Made by a program: the position numbers and the translations under genes. Of a stretch of 64,000 nt of DNA, positions 55,420 through 64,000 are shown piece by piece. A model generated the notes under the pieces. That model was not told the DNA's origin. It searched no databases and saw only the letters and a program-made list of their open reading frames with translations. The DNA is from Gammaproteobacteria bacterium (GTDB lineage: Bacteria > Pseudomonadota > Gammaproteobacteria > Eutrophobiales > Eutrophobiaceae). Numbering within the stretch: position 1 is the stretch's first letter; each line of letters opens with the position of its first letter. The stretch lies in the NCBI GenBank assembly GCA_965215365.1, contig CBDCDS010000003.1, positions 1,920,001 to 1,984,000 of the forward strand, in the 5' to 3' direction.

Positions 55420-56373
55420 ATGAATACAGCCGCGCTGCAAAATCTGACCAAGGGAGAACGGCGCGGCGAGTTCAAAACCGCGCGTATCCCGATCAGGGTT
55501 GTGCCGATGGAAGGCAAGGCACCGAGAAAACCTCGGTGGATCAGAGCCAAAGCGCCGACCGATCCCAAAGTATTTGAACTGAAACGGCTGCTACGGGAAC
55601 GCGCCTTGCATACCGTGTGTGAAGAGGCCTCCTGTCCTAACTTAGGTGAGTGCTTTGCACGCGGCACCGCCACCTTCATGATCATGGGCGACACCTGCAC
55701 CCGGCGCTGCCCGTTCTGTGACGTTGCCCATGGCCGCCCCCAACCCTTGGATGAAAATGAACCGGCACACCTAGCCGATGCAGTCAAATTGATGGGTCTG
55801 AAATACGTGGTCATCACCTCCGTTGATCGGGATGACCTGAAAGACGGCGGCGCCGGGCACTTCCGGGATTGTATCCGCGCGGTGCGCCGGGCGGCCCCGA
55901 CCACCCGTATTGAAATACTGACCCCGGACTTCCGTCGCCGCATGGAAATTGCGCTGGAACGCCTGGGCGAAGCGCCCCCCGATGTGTTCAATCACAATCT
56001 GGAGACGACACCGGCCTTGTACCGCAAGGCCAGACCGGGCGCCGACTATCTCTGGTCGCTGGACCTGATTCGCAGGTTTAAGGCGCAACATACTGACATC
56101 CCGACAAAATCCGGACTCATGCTGGGCTTGGGGGAAGAACTGAACGAGGTCAAACAGGTATTACGCGACCTCAGGGAGCACGACTGCGACATGCTCACCC
56201 TGGGCCAGTACCTGCAACCGAGCCGCTACCACCTGAAAGTAGAACGATTTGTGGAGCCGTCCGAGTTCGACGAACTGGGCGGCTACGCCAGACAGTTGGG
56301 CTTCACCAACGTCGCCAGCGCCCCCATGGTGCGTTCGTCCTACCACGCCGACCTGCAGGCGGCGGAGGTATAA
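55420..56373 (+). CDS. lipA: Lipoyl synthase
   Basis: [32 protein letters not shown]. Confidence 0.96.
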   Translation: MNTAALQNLTKGERRGEFKTARIPIRVVPMEGKAPRKPRWIRAKAPTDPKVFELKRLLRERALHTVCEEASCPNLGECFARGTATFMIMGDTCTRRCPFCDVAHGRPQPLDENEPAHLADAVKLMGLKYVVITSVDRDDLKDGGAGHFRDCIRAVRRAAPTTRIEILTPDFRRRMEIALERLGEAPPDVFNHNLETTPALYRKARPGADYLWSLDLIRRFKAQHTDIPTKSGLMLGLGEELNEVKQVLRDLREHDCDMLTLGQYLQPSRYHLKVERFVEPSEFDELGGYARQLGFTNVASAPMVRSSYHADLQAAEV

Positions 56374-56423
56374 AGGCGCCTCTTACACAGACGCCGCTCA
56401 CATTGCTGGAAAGAATACCCCTG

Positions 56424-56810
56424 TCACCACAACCGATTGACGTGGTAACGGTCGAATATCGAGTCTACCGATATAATCACAAGGTTACGCCTCAAGGCCT
56501 GGGCAATCAGAATCCGGTCGAACGGATCGCGATGAGGGCCAGGCAATCGTCCGGCCTGAGCAGCGTCCGCTACACTGATCGCCAGTTTCTCGAAGCCCTG
56601 GTTAGCGATCGCAGCGACAACATCAACAGCTGCAACCTCGCCTTCGGGTAGTTTGCCGAGCCGGAACTTAGTGGCGATTTCCCAGGCCGATGCCGCACTC
56701 ACGACAATATCATTTGTCTCATCTGCAATAACGCCTCGTGCGGTTGTCGACAAACGCCTGCTGTCCGCGAGCCACCACAGAAAGGCATGGGTGTCCAGCA
56801 ACGCACGCAC
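56424..56810 (-). CDS. vapC: VapC/PIN toxin
   Basis: LLDTHAFLWW...HRDPFDRILIAQA. Confidence 0.9.
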   Translation of the reverse strand: MRALLDTHAFLWWLADSRRLSTTARGVIADETNDIVVSAASAWEIATKFRLGKLPEGEVAAVDVVAAIANQGFEKLAISVADAAQAGRLPGPHRDPFDRILIAQALRRNLVIISVDSIFDRYHVNRLW

Positions 56811-56812
56811 AA

Positions 56813-57046
56813 TTATCGGCCTTCCCAAACCTGAAGTTCTTCCTCTGGCAACGGGTCAAGGAATTCGTCAGGTATAGCGAGCTTTCCCTTGAGGGCATCC
56901 GGTTGCCGCTTGCTCTTCGCCTTGCAGCCAACGAGCCGCGCAACAGGTTCTCCCCGGCGGCTGATAACAATATCCTCACCTGCCTCAACTTGTGCCAACA
57001 GACGGGAAAGGTGTGTCTTGGCTTGGTGGACATTTACGATAGGCAT
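56813..57046 (-). CDS. Phd/YefM-type antitoxin
   Basis: VNVHQAKTHLSRLL...GEDIVISRRGEPVARL. Confidence 0.9.
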   Translation of the reverse strand: MPIVNVHQAKTHLSRLLAQVEAGEDIVISRRGEPVARLVGCKAKSKRQPDALKGKLAIPDEFLDPLPEEELQVWEGR

Positions 57047-57141
57047 GACTCTTCACTCCAGAAGGAAACACAGGTTAGCTAACAGGATAGTCAGGTTATG
57101 AGTCGAGATCAAGGTCCTGCACGGTCGCCTCTAATTTTTAG

Positions 57142-57290
57142 CCCGCATATCTCACCAGGTGATGCGAAGATCGCGCCGGATTTTGTGATGCGCCCCTTCC
57201 CTGGGGCGCCCCCTACGGGCGTCCTGCGGACGTCCAAATCCGATCCGGGCGGATTTGTGAGTCAGCGGGCACTCACGACCGAAAGCATAG
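57142..57290 (+). mobile_element. MITE family A, left part with a REP-like hairpin insert
   Basis: CCCGCATATCTCACCAGGTGATGCGAAGATCGCGCCGGATT...CGAAAGCATAG. Confidence 0.65.
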
Positions 57291-57306
57291 TTATTCTTCA
57301 AATCAT

Positions 57307-58662
57307 TCACCGATCGTCCCCATCAATCATGTTAACAGTCGAGCGGATGCTTCCCTTTGAAAATCGGGTACTGATCTCGGCATTTTCCCCTAGCTGGTCG
57401 GCCCGGCGCACGATGTTGTGGTCTGCATCGGTAACGATGGCGTAGCCGCGTTCCAGGGTGGCGAGGGGGCTCACTGTGTGCAGAGAGCGGGTCAGATAGT
57501 CCAGTTGCTTCCGGCGGTTTTGCAGGTTGTGCAGCAGATGGTTTTGCAGTTGCCGCTCCAGCATTGTGCACCGGGTGCGGTATCCTGTCAGTTGTCGCAA
57601 CGGGTTGGCGCTGTTAAGAATATCCGTCAGCCGTTGCAGGCGGCTGTGGCGCAGGTTGATAGTGTTACCCAGCGCCAGACCCAGGCGCACGGACAGGTCG
57701 TCGGTGCGTTGCGTCATGTTGCGCAGCAGGTGGGTGGGGCGGGGCAGGCGTTTCGATAGTTGTGTGACGTGGTGCCGGCGGGCTTGCAACAGCTGCGCGA
57801 GATGCTGCTGGAGTTGCCAGTGTGTGGCATTCAGGCCGGACAATAAGGCAACCGTATCGGGGCTGACCAGTTCTGCGGCCGCGGACGGGGTGGGGGCGCG
57901 CTGGTCGGCGACAAAATCGGCGATAGTAAAGTCTATTTCGTGGCCGATGCCGCTTACCAGGGGGATGGTTGACTGGTAAATGGCCCTGGCTACGGTTTCT
58001 TCATTAAATGACCACAAATCCTCCAGCGAGCCGCCGCCGCGCGCCAGGACCAGCACCTCACATTCCCGGCGCCGGTTGGCTTCGGTAATCGCCTGGGCAA
58101 TCTGTTGCGCCGCGCCTTCACCCTGCACGGGCGCCGGATAGATGATGACCCCGGCGCTGGCGTAACGCCGGCCCAGCACCTGGATGATGTCCCTGACCGC
58201 CGCGCCGGCAGGGGAGGTGATGACCCCGATAGTGCGGGGAAACGCGGGTGGCGCCTGTTTATGCTCGGCGGCAAACAGACCCTCTTCTTGCAGACGTTGT
58301 TTCAGTTGCTCGAATGCCAGTTGCAGCGCGCCGGCGCCGGCCGGTTCCAGATGTTCGACGAGCAACTGGTACTCCCCGCGGCCTTCATACAGGCTGACGC
58401 CCACCCGGGCCAGCACTTCCTGGCCGTTCTCCAGCCGCATGCGCAGGTTACGGTTGGTACTTTTGAACATGGCGCAGCGCACCTGGGAATGCCGGTCTTT
58501 CAAAGAGAAGTAAAGGTGGCCGGAAGCGGGCCGGGCCAGGTTGGAAACCTCGCCGCGTACCCATACAGGCGGCGGAAAACTGTCCTCCAGCACGGCCCTG
58601 ACCTCGCGGTTCAGACGGGTGACGGTGTAGATGTCGCGTGGTTCGGAAGTGTCGGTGTTCAT
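57307..58662 (-). CDS. xseA: Exodeoxyribonuclease VII large subunit
   Basis: [45 protein letters not shown]. Confidence 0.96.
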   Translation of the reverse strand: MNTDTSEPRDIYTVTRLNREVRAVLEDSFPPPVWVRGEVSNLARPASGHLYFSLKDRHSQVRCAMFKSTNRNLRMRLENGQEVLARVGVSLYEGRGEYQLLVEHLEPAGAGALQLAFEQLKQRLQEEGLFAAEHKQAPPAFPRTIGVITSPAGAAVRDIIQVLGRRYASAGVIIYPAPVQGEGAAQQIAQAITEANRRRECEVLVLARGGGSLEDLWSFNEETVARAIYQSTIPLVSGIGHEIDFTIADFVADQRAPTPSAAAELVSPDTVALLSGLNATHWQLQQHLAQLLQARRHHVTQLSKRLPRPTHLLRNMTQRTDDLSVRLGLALGNTINLRHSRLQRLTDILNSANPLRQLTGYRTRCTMLERQLQNHLLHNLQNRRKQLDYLTRSLHTVSPLATLERGYAIVTDADHNIVRRADQLGENAEISTRFSKGSIRSTVNMIDGDDR

Positions 58663-58685
58663 GGTGAGCTTTTATTGTATAATAG

Positions 58686-58820
58686 CCCGCATATCTCACC
58701 AAGTGATGCGAAGATCGCGCCGGATTGGTGCTGCCTGCGGGTGCCTGCGAACGAAAGCATAGTGGTTCTCTGGTTGAGTGACAAATCGGCAGGACTGCCG
58801 ATTTGCACGGCGTCAGCCGC
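58686..58820 (+). mobile_element. MITE family A, left part
   Basis: Same left end as 57142 and 60190. Confidence 0.7.
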
Positions 58821-59127
58821 GCATACCGTGTGTGAAGAGGCCTCCTGTCCTAACTTAGGTGAGTGCTTTGCACGCGGCACCGCCACCTTCATGATCATGG
58901 GCGACACCTGCACCCGGCGCTGCCCGTTCTGTGACGTTGCCCATGGCCGCCCCCAACCCCTGGATGAAAATGAACCGGCACACCTACTGAAAGTAGAACG
59001 ATTTGTGGAGCCGTCCGAGTTCGACGAACTGGGCGGCTACGCCAGACAGTTGGGCTTCACCAACGTCGCCAGCGCCCCCATGGTGCGTTCGTCCTACCAC
59101 GCCGACCTGCAGGCGGCGGAGGTATAG
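58821..59127 (+). pseudogene. lipA: Second lipA copy, 5'-truncated, with an in-frame 459-bp internal deletion
   Basis: Copy of 55608-55773 joined to 56233-56372. Confidence 0.9.
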
Positions 59128-59152
59128 TTCCCCAGGTTGGATGGGTAAGAAG

Positions 59153-59542
59153 TCAGCTGCAACGCTGAGCTTGTATCAGCTTGCGGTAATCGAACTCCAG
59201 AATGTGCGCTAACTTTCTGGCCAGCGTTTTGTCTATAGTTCGTTTGTTATTTTCCATTTCGGAGAGGTGCCGCCGGCTGATGCCTGTCTGGCCTGCCAGT
59301 TGTATCTGGGTCAAGTCTGCTCGCAGGCGATACAATCTCAGATAGTAACCCGGAGTTCTGTAAGAATCGCCGTAGCGCTGTCTGATTTCATCATGCAGAA
59401 TTTGCGCGGGCACAAGCTCATCGTCTAGGTATTGCTCCATACTTGGGCTGATTATGTTTTTCAGACCTACCTGATCCGTTTTTTGGGCAGGCCTGGCAGA
59501 CACCTCTCCCAAATCGTGTTGAATACTCGATATATGACTCAT
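59153..59542 (-). CDS. XRE-type HTH antitoxin-like regulator
   Basis: LRLYRLRADLTQIQLA...HLSEMENNKR; ATGA overlap with the upstream toxin. Confidence 0.75.
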   Translation of the reverse strand: MSHISSIQHDLGEVSARPAQKTDQVGLKNIISPSMEQYLDDELVPAQILHDEIRQRYGDSYRTPGYYLRLYRLRADLTQIQLAGQTGISRRHLSEMENNKRTIDKTLARKLAHILEFDYRKLIQAQRCS

Positions 59543-59805
59543 CTGTAAGCCTCTCGTCGATGTCCGACATAAAACACTTCTATCTTGAAGGTATGCTCCA
59601 GGGTTACGCAATAACGCATTCGATACCTGTAATTCAGCCGCAGACGATATTCATCTCTGCCGGTTTTCAAAGTATCCCACTCAACAGGGTTAACACCTTG
59701 CTCCTCTATGTCAGTCACGGCAAGTTCGGCCAAAGCACGTATCTTTTTTGGCAGCTTTGCCAGTTGTTTATTCGCCTTCTTGGTCATGTAAACGGTCCAT
59801 GTCAT
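59539..59805 (-). CDS. RelE/ParE-family toxin
   Basis: MTWTVYMTKKANKQLAKLP...YRLRLNYRYR...IEVFYVGHRREAY. Confidence 0.8.
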   Translation of the reverse strand: MTWTVYMTKKANKQLAKLPKKIRALAELAVTDIEEQGVNPVEWDTLKTGRDEYRLRLNYRYRMRYCVTLEHTFKIEVFYVGHRREAYR

Positions 59806-59935
59806 GGCGTGGATTATACACTATCGACTGGTACGGAGTTACAAAAAGTAGCAATCAAAGGATAATTTTTAGGCGCAAAGAAAGAAAGTGAGTGAGTGAG
59901 ATAGTGGGGTTTGTAAAATTATCGAGAAATAACGA

Positions 59936-60166
59936 CAGCCGCATGCGCAGGTTACGGTTGGCGCTTTTGAACATGGCGCAGCGCACCTGGGAATGCCGGT
60001 CTTTCAAAGAGAAGTAAAGGTGACCGGAAGCGGGCCGGGCTAGGTTGGAAACCTCGCCGCGTACCCATACAGGCGGCGGAAAACTGTCCTCCAGCACGGC
60101 CCTGACCTCGCGGTTCAGACGGGTGACGGTGTAGATGTCGCGTGGTTCGGAAGTGTCGGTGTTCAT
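59936..60166 (-). pseudogene. xseA: Second xseA copy, 5' fragment only
   Basis: Copy of ~58433-58662 plus upstream DNA, with about 4 substitutions. Confidence 0.9.
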
Positions 60167-60189
60167 GGTGAGCTTTTATTGTATAATAG

Positions 60190-60313
60190 CCCGCATATCT
60201 CACCAAGTGATGCGAACGCAGTGTGTTATGTGGAAAGAGTAGCAGTATTATCATAACTTATTGATAGCAGAAATGTTTCACAAGACGACAAGCGACTTGG
60301 TGAGATCTGCGGG
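60190..60313 (+). mobile_element. MITE family A with both ends, 124 bp
   Basis: Inverted ends CCCGCATATCTCACCAAGT / ACTTGGTGAGATCTGCGGG; 4-bp direct flanks ATAG. Confidence 0.8.
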
Positions 60314-60320
60314 ATAGGCC

Positions 60321-61781
60321 ATGCAAATTATCGATGAAGCGCTCACCTTTGATGATGTCCTGCTGGTTCCGGCCCATTCGCGGGTACTGCCCGCGGAGGT
60401 GAGCCTGGAGACGCGCCTGACCCGGCGCATTACACTGAATATACCGTTCATCTCGGCGGCCATGGATACCGTGACCGAGGCGCGTCTGGCCATTGCCCTG
60501 GCCGCGCAGGGCGGCATGGGCATCATCCACAAAAACATGAGTCCGGAGCGCCAGGCCCGGGAAGTCTTGCAGGTGAAAAAATACGAGGCCGGCGTGATTC
60601 GCGACCCGGTCACCGTCACCCCGCGCGCCAGTATCGGCGAGGTGATGCAGCTCACGCGCGCGCACAACATCTCAGGCGTGCCTGTGGTTGACGGAACCGA
60701 TTTGGTGGGGATTGTCACCAGCAGGGACTTGCGCTTTGAGACCCGTTACGATGACCCCGTCGGTAACATTATGACGCCCAGGGAGCGCCTGGTCACGGTA
60801 ACGGAGGGCGCCGGCGCCGAGCAGATCATCTCATTGCTGCACCGGCACCGGATCGAGAAAGTCCTGGTCGTAAACGACAGCTTCGAACTCAAGGGTATGG
60901 TTACAGTCAAGGACATCCACAAGGCCAGAGAGTTCCCCAATTCCTGCAAGGACGAAGATGAACGCCTGCGGGTAGGTGCGGCAGTCGGCGTGGGGACGGG
61001 TACGCAGGAGCGGGTGGCCGCCCTGGTGGGCGCCGGTGCCGATGTGCTGGTAGTCGATACCGCCCACGGCCATTCCGAAGGTGTGTTGCAGGCGGTTCGG
61101 ACCATCAAAGCTGATTATCCTGATTGTGAGGTCATCGCCGGCAATGTCGTCACCGCAGCGGGGGCGCAAGCGCTGGTCGAAGCCGGCGCGGACGCGGTCA
61201 AGGTCGGGGTGGGACCCGGTTCAATCTGCACCACTCGCATAGTGACCGGGGTTGGTATGCCGCAAATCACCGCCGTCGCCAAGGTAGCGGAAGGACTCAA
61301 GGGCACCGGGGCGCCGTTTATCGCGGATGGCGGCATCCGTTATTCCGGCGACATTGCCAAGACTCTGGCCGCGGGGGCCTGGTCGGTCATGATCGGCAGC
61401 CTGTTTGCCGGCGCTGAAGAAGCGCCCGGCGAGGTCGAGCTGTTCCAAGGGCGTTCCTACAAGTCTTACCGGGGCATGGGTTCCGTGGGTGCCATGTCCC
61501 AGCAGCATGGCTCGTCCGATCGTTATTTCCAGGAGCACGACGAAATTGAAAAGCTGGTGCCGGAAGGTATCGAGGGGCGGGTGCCGTACAAGGGGCCGCT
61601 GCATGCCATTGTGCACCAGTTGAGCGGCGGGGTCAGGGCGGCAATGGGCTACACCGGCTGTAAGAACCTGGAGGACATGCGCAAGCAAGCGCACTTCGTC
61701 AAACTCACCGGTGCCGGCATAAAAGAAAGCCACGCCCACGACGTGACCATCACCAAGGAACCGCCGAATTACCGGGTGTGA
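60321..61781 (+). CDS. guaB: IMP dehydrogenase
   Basis: [27 protein letters not shown]. Confidence 0.97.
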   Translation: MQIIDEALTFDDVLLVPAHSRVLPAEVSLETRLTRRITLNIPFISAAMDTVTEARLAIALAAQGGMGIIHKNMSPERQAREVLQVKKYEAGVIRDPVTVTPRASIGEVMQLTRAHNISGVPVVDGTDLVGIVTSRDLRFETRYDDPVGNIMTPRERLVTVTEGAGAEQIISLLHRHRIEKVLVVNDSFELKGMVTVKDIHKAREFPNSCKDEDERLRVGAAVGVGTGTQERVAALVGAGADVLVVDTAHGHSEGVLQAVRTIKADYPDCEVIAGNVVTAAGAQALVEAGADAVKVGVGPGSICTTRIVTGVGMPQITAVAKVAEGLKGTGAPFIADGGIRYSGDIAKTLAAGAWSVMIGSLFAGAEEAPGEVELFQGRSYKSYRGMGSVGAMSQQHGSSDRYFQEHDEIEKLVPEGIEGRVPYKGPLHAIVHQLSGGVRAAMGYTGCKNLEDMRKQAHFVKLTGAGIKESHAHDVTITKEPPNYRV

Positions 61782-61785
61782 AGAG

Positions 61786-63360
61786 TTGCGCGATATTCAC
61801 AGTGATAAAATCCTGATCCTGGACTTCGGTTCCCAATACACCCGACTGATTGCCCGGCGCGTGCGCGAGCTGGGTGTCTATAACGAGATTTACCCGTTCG
61901 ACCTCGATGAGGAGTTAATCAGGCGCTTCAATCCAAAGGCCGTGATATTGTCCGGCGGCCCGGAATCAGTGACCGGCAACAACAGTGGGCGCGTCCCTGA
62001 GGTCGTATTTAACTCAGGTGTGCCGGTACTCGGGATCTGTTACGGCATGCAGACTATGGCGCAGCAACTTGGCGGGCAGGTGGCCGCCTCCAGCCGGCGC
62101 GAGTTCGGTTACGCTAGGGTGCGGGCGCGCGGGCATTCACGCCTGTTACGGGATCTTGAAGATGAGGTGAACGCGGCGGGTCACGGTCTGCTGGATGTGT
62201 GGATGAGCCACGGCGACAAGGTGGAGGAACTGCCCGCGGGGTTCAAGCGTATCGCCTCCACGGACAACGCCCCGATTGCCGGCATGGCCGACGAGACGCG
62301 CAATTTCTACGGCTTACAGTTTCATCCCGAAGTAACCCATACCCGCCAGGGCGCCGCCATCCTGCGCCGTTTTGCTTGTGATATCGCCGGTTGCGATACG
62401 CTTTGGAACCCGGACAATATCAGCGCCGACGCCATCGCCTCAGTGCGCGCCAGGGTGGGCCGCGACGAGGTGTTGCTGGCCTTGTCCGGCGGGGTCGATT
62501 CTGCAGTTACCGCGGCGCTGCTGCACCAGGCTATCGGCACGCAACTGACCTGTATCTTCGTCGATACCGGCTTGCTGCGCCTCAATGAAGGTGACCAGGT
62601 GATGGAGACCTTCTCCCGCCACCTGGGCATTCGCGTCATCCGGGTCAACGCCGAGCAGCGTTATCTGGACAAACTGAAGGGCGTGACCGACCCGGAAGAA
62701 AAACGCAAGCTCATCGGCCGCGAGTTCATTGCCATCTTTGAAGAGGAAGGCAAAAAGCTTAAAAATGAAAAATGGTTGGCCCAGGGCACCATCTACCCGG
62801 ACGTGATCGAGTCCGCCGGCGCCAACACCGGCAAGTCGCATGTCATCAAGTCGCATCACAATGTTGGCGGGCTGCCGGAACGCATGAACCTGAAACTGCT
62901 TGAACCCCTGCGCGAACTGTTCAAGGATGAGGTGCGCAAACTCGGCCAACAACTGGGATTGCCGGAAGAACTTATCCGGCGCCATCCGTTCCCGGGTCCG
63001 GGCCTGGGGGTAAGGATTCCGGGCGAGGTAAAAAAGGAATACGCCGACATTCTGCGTCAGGCCGACGATATATTTCTACGCGCCCTGGTCCGGCATGACC
63101 TGTATCACAAAACCAGTCAGGCGTTCGCGGTGTTCCTGCCGGTCAAATCCGTAGGCGTCAAGGGCGATGCCCGACATTACGACTACGTAATAGCCCTGCG
63201 CGCCGTGGAAACCGTCGATTTTATGACCGCCCGCTGGGCGCGCCTGCCGCACGAATTCCTGCAGGAAGTCTCCGAACGCATTGTGAACGAAGTGGACGGC
63301 GTCTCCCGAGTCGTCTATGACATCTCCGGCAAGCCGCCGGCGACGATAGAGTGGGAGTGA
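61786..63360 (+). CDS. guaA: GMP synthase (glutamine-hydrolysing)
   Basis: [30 protein letters not shown]. Confidence 0.97.
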   Translation: MRDIHSDKILILDFGSQYTRLIARRVRELGVYNEIYPFDLDEELIRRFNPKAVILSGGPESVTGNNSGRVPEVVFNSGVPVLGICYGMQTMAQQLGGQVAASSRREFGYARVRARGHSRLLRDLEDEVNAAGHGLLDVWMSHGDKVEELPAGFKRIASTDNAPIAGMADETRNFYGLQFHPEVTHTRQGAAILRRFACDIAGCDTLWNPDNISADAIASVRARVGRDEVLLALSGGVDSAVTAALLHQAIGTQLTCIFVDTGLLRLNEGDQVMETFSRHLGIRVIRVNAEQRYLDKLKGVTDPEEKRKLIGREFIAIFEEEGKKLKNEKWLAQGTIYPDVIESAGANTGKSHVIKSHHNVGGLPERMNLKLLEPLRELFKDEVRKLGQQLGLPEELIRRHPFPGPGLGVRIPGEVKKEYADILRQADDIFLRALVRHDLYHKTSQAFAVFLPVKSVGVKGDARHYDYVIALRAVETVDFMTARWARLPHEFLQEVSERIVNEVDGVSRVVYDISGKPPATIEWE

Positions 63361-63378
63361 CAGAAACTAAACTGGCAC

Positions 63379-64000
63379 TCAAGCCAAGAACCACGGCAGC
63401 ACCTCGAAACCCTTCAAGGAAAAACGTTCGTTGCCGCCATGGACGAGCAAGCCGCTGGTGTTGGGGTTAGTCGGCAGGGAGGTCCACCACTGCAGGCCAA
63501 GCACCGCATCAGCCGGCACGGTTTCGCCGGACTTTACCTCTACCGGGAGGATGTGTTCGCCCAGGTCGATCAGGGTATCTATCTCGTGGCCGGTTGCGTC
63601 GCGCCAGAAAAAGAGGGGCGGCTCACGGCGCCGGTTGGTAAAACTTTTTATAATCTCCGCTATCACATAAGACTCAAAAATGGCGCCCCGCAGTGGGTGT
63701 CCGGCTAACATTTCGGCATCTGTGATGCCCAGCAGGTAACAGGTCAAACCGCTGTCGAGAAGGTGCAGGCGCGGGCGTTTACGTAACCGTTTCCGGTAGT
63801 TTACATAGTGCGGCGGCAGCGTTATTGCGAGATAACCGATCTCCAGGGCATTCAGCCAACGCCGGGCGGTTTGTTGAGTGATTCCCACATCGCTCGCCAG
63901 CCGGGTGAGGTTGAGTTCTTGGGCAGTATTTGCAGCGACAAGCCTCACAAAGTTCTCAAACGCGCGCGTGTCTGAAACGTCCAATACGGCGCGCACATCG
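63379..64000 (-). CDS. AAA ATPase with DUF4143, 3' part (runs off the window end)
   Basis: KRPRLHLLDSGL, GAIFES, FWRD...EIDTL...PVEVKSG. Confidence 0.8.
   Translation of the reverse strand, partial: DVRAVLDVSDTRAFENFVRLVAANTAQELNLTRLASDVGITQQTARRWLNALEIGYLAITLPPHYVNYRKRLRKRPRLHLLDSGLTCYLLGITDAEMLAGHPLRGAIFESYVIAEIIKSFTNRRREPPLFFWRDATGHEIDTLIDLGEHILPVEVKSGETVPADAVLGLQWWTSLPTNPNTSGLLVHGGNERFSLKGFEVLPWFLA

Noticed and set aside
58105-59127. 340-aa plus-strand ORF as a real fusion gene
   Set aside because: Its first half is the antisense shadow of xseA plus MITE DNA; only the lipA-derived part looks like protein.
55608-60166. lipA/lipA' and xseA/xseA' as DGR template/variable repeats
   Set aside because: No reverse transcriptase in the window, and the differences are not confined to adenines.

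Overview
GC-rich proteobacterial (probably gammaproteobacterial) chromosome segment. Core genes are lpxH, cysS, five tRNAs, tig-clpP-clpX-lon, an ABC-2 pair, lipB, lipA, xseA and guaB-guaA. They are interleaved with heavily rearranged accessory DNA: IS1634, IS66 and IS481 elements, two MITE families, five toxin-antitoxin-like pairs, restriction-modification relics, an exonuclease-RecQ-UvrD fusion, TPR-sulfotransferases, a 3781-aa FN3/Ig/Calx-beta autotransporter-like adhesin and an RTX protein. This inventory resembles marine-invertebrate (e.g. sponge) symbionts (inference). Main signals: (1) A methyltransferase-carrying IS66 appears to have moved as a 3.6-kb unit ending at a second right end. 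It is bounded by the 8-bp duplication AGAAATCC, carries a secreted-protein gene and landed between the RBS and ATG of a similar gene. (2) Three secreted-protein genes have poly-C tracts inside the signal-peptide coding region (C20 and C13 out of frame, C8 in frame), and 21 octamer repeats lie between the promoter and ATG of the giant adhesin. Together these suggest repeat-controlled switching of secreted/surface proteins. (3) A CCCGCA(G/T)ATCTCACCAAGT-ended MITE sits at core/accessory junctions and borders a lipA-xseA duplication whose two copies hold different TA pairs. All calls were made by eye; no database searches were run. Homopolymer lengths may be sequencing errors.
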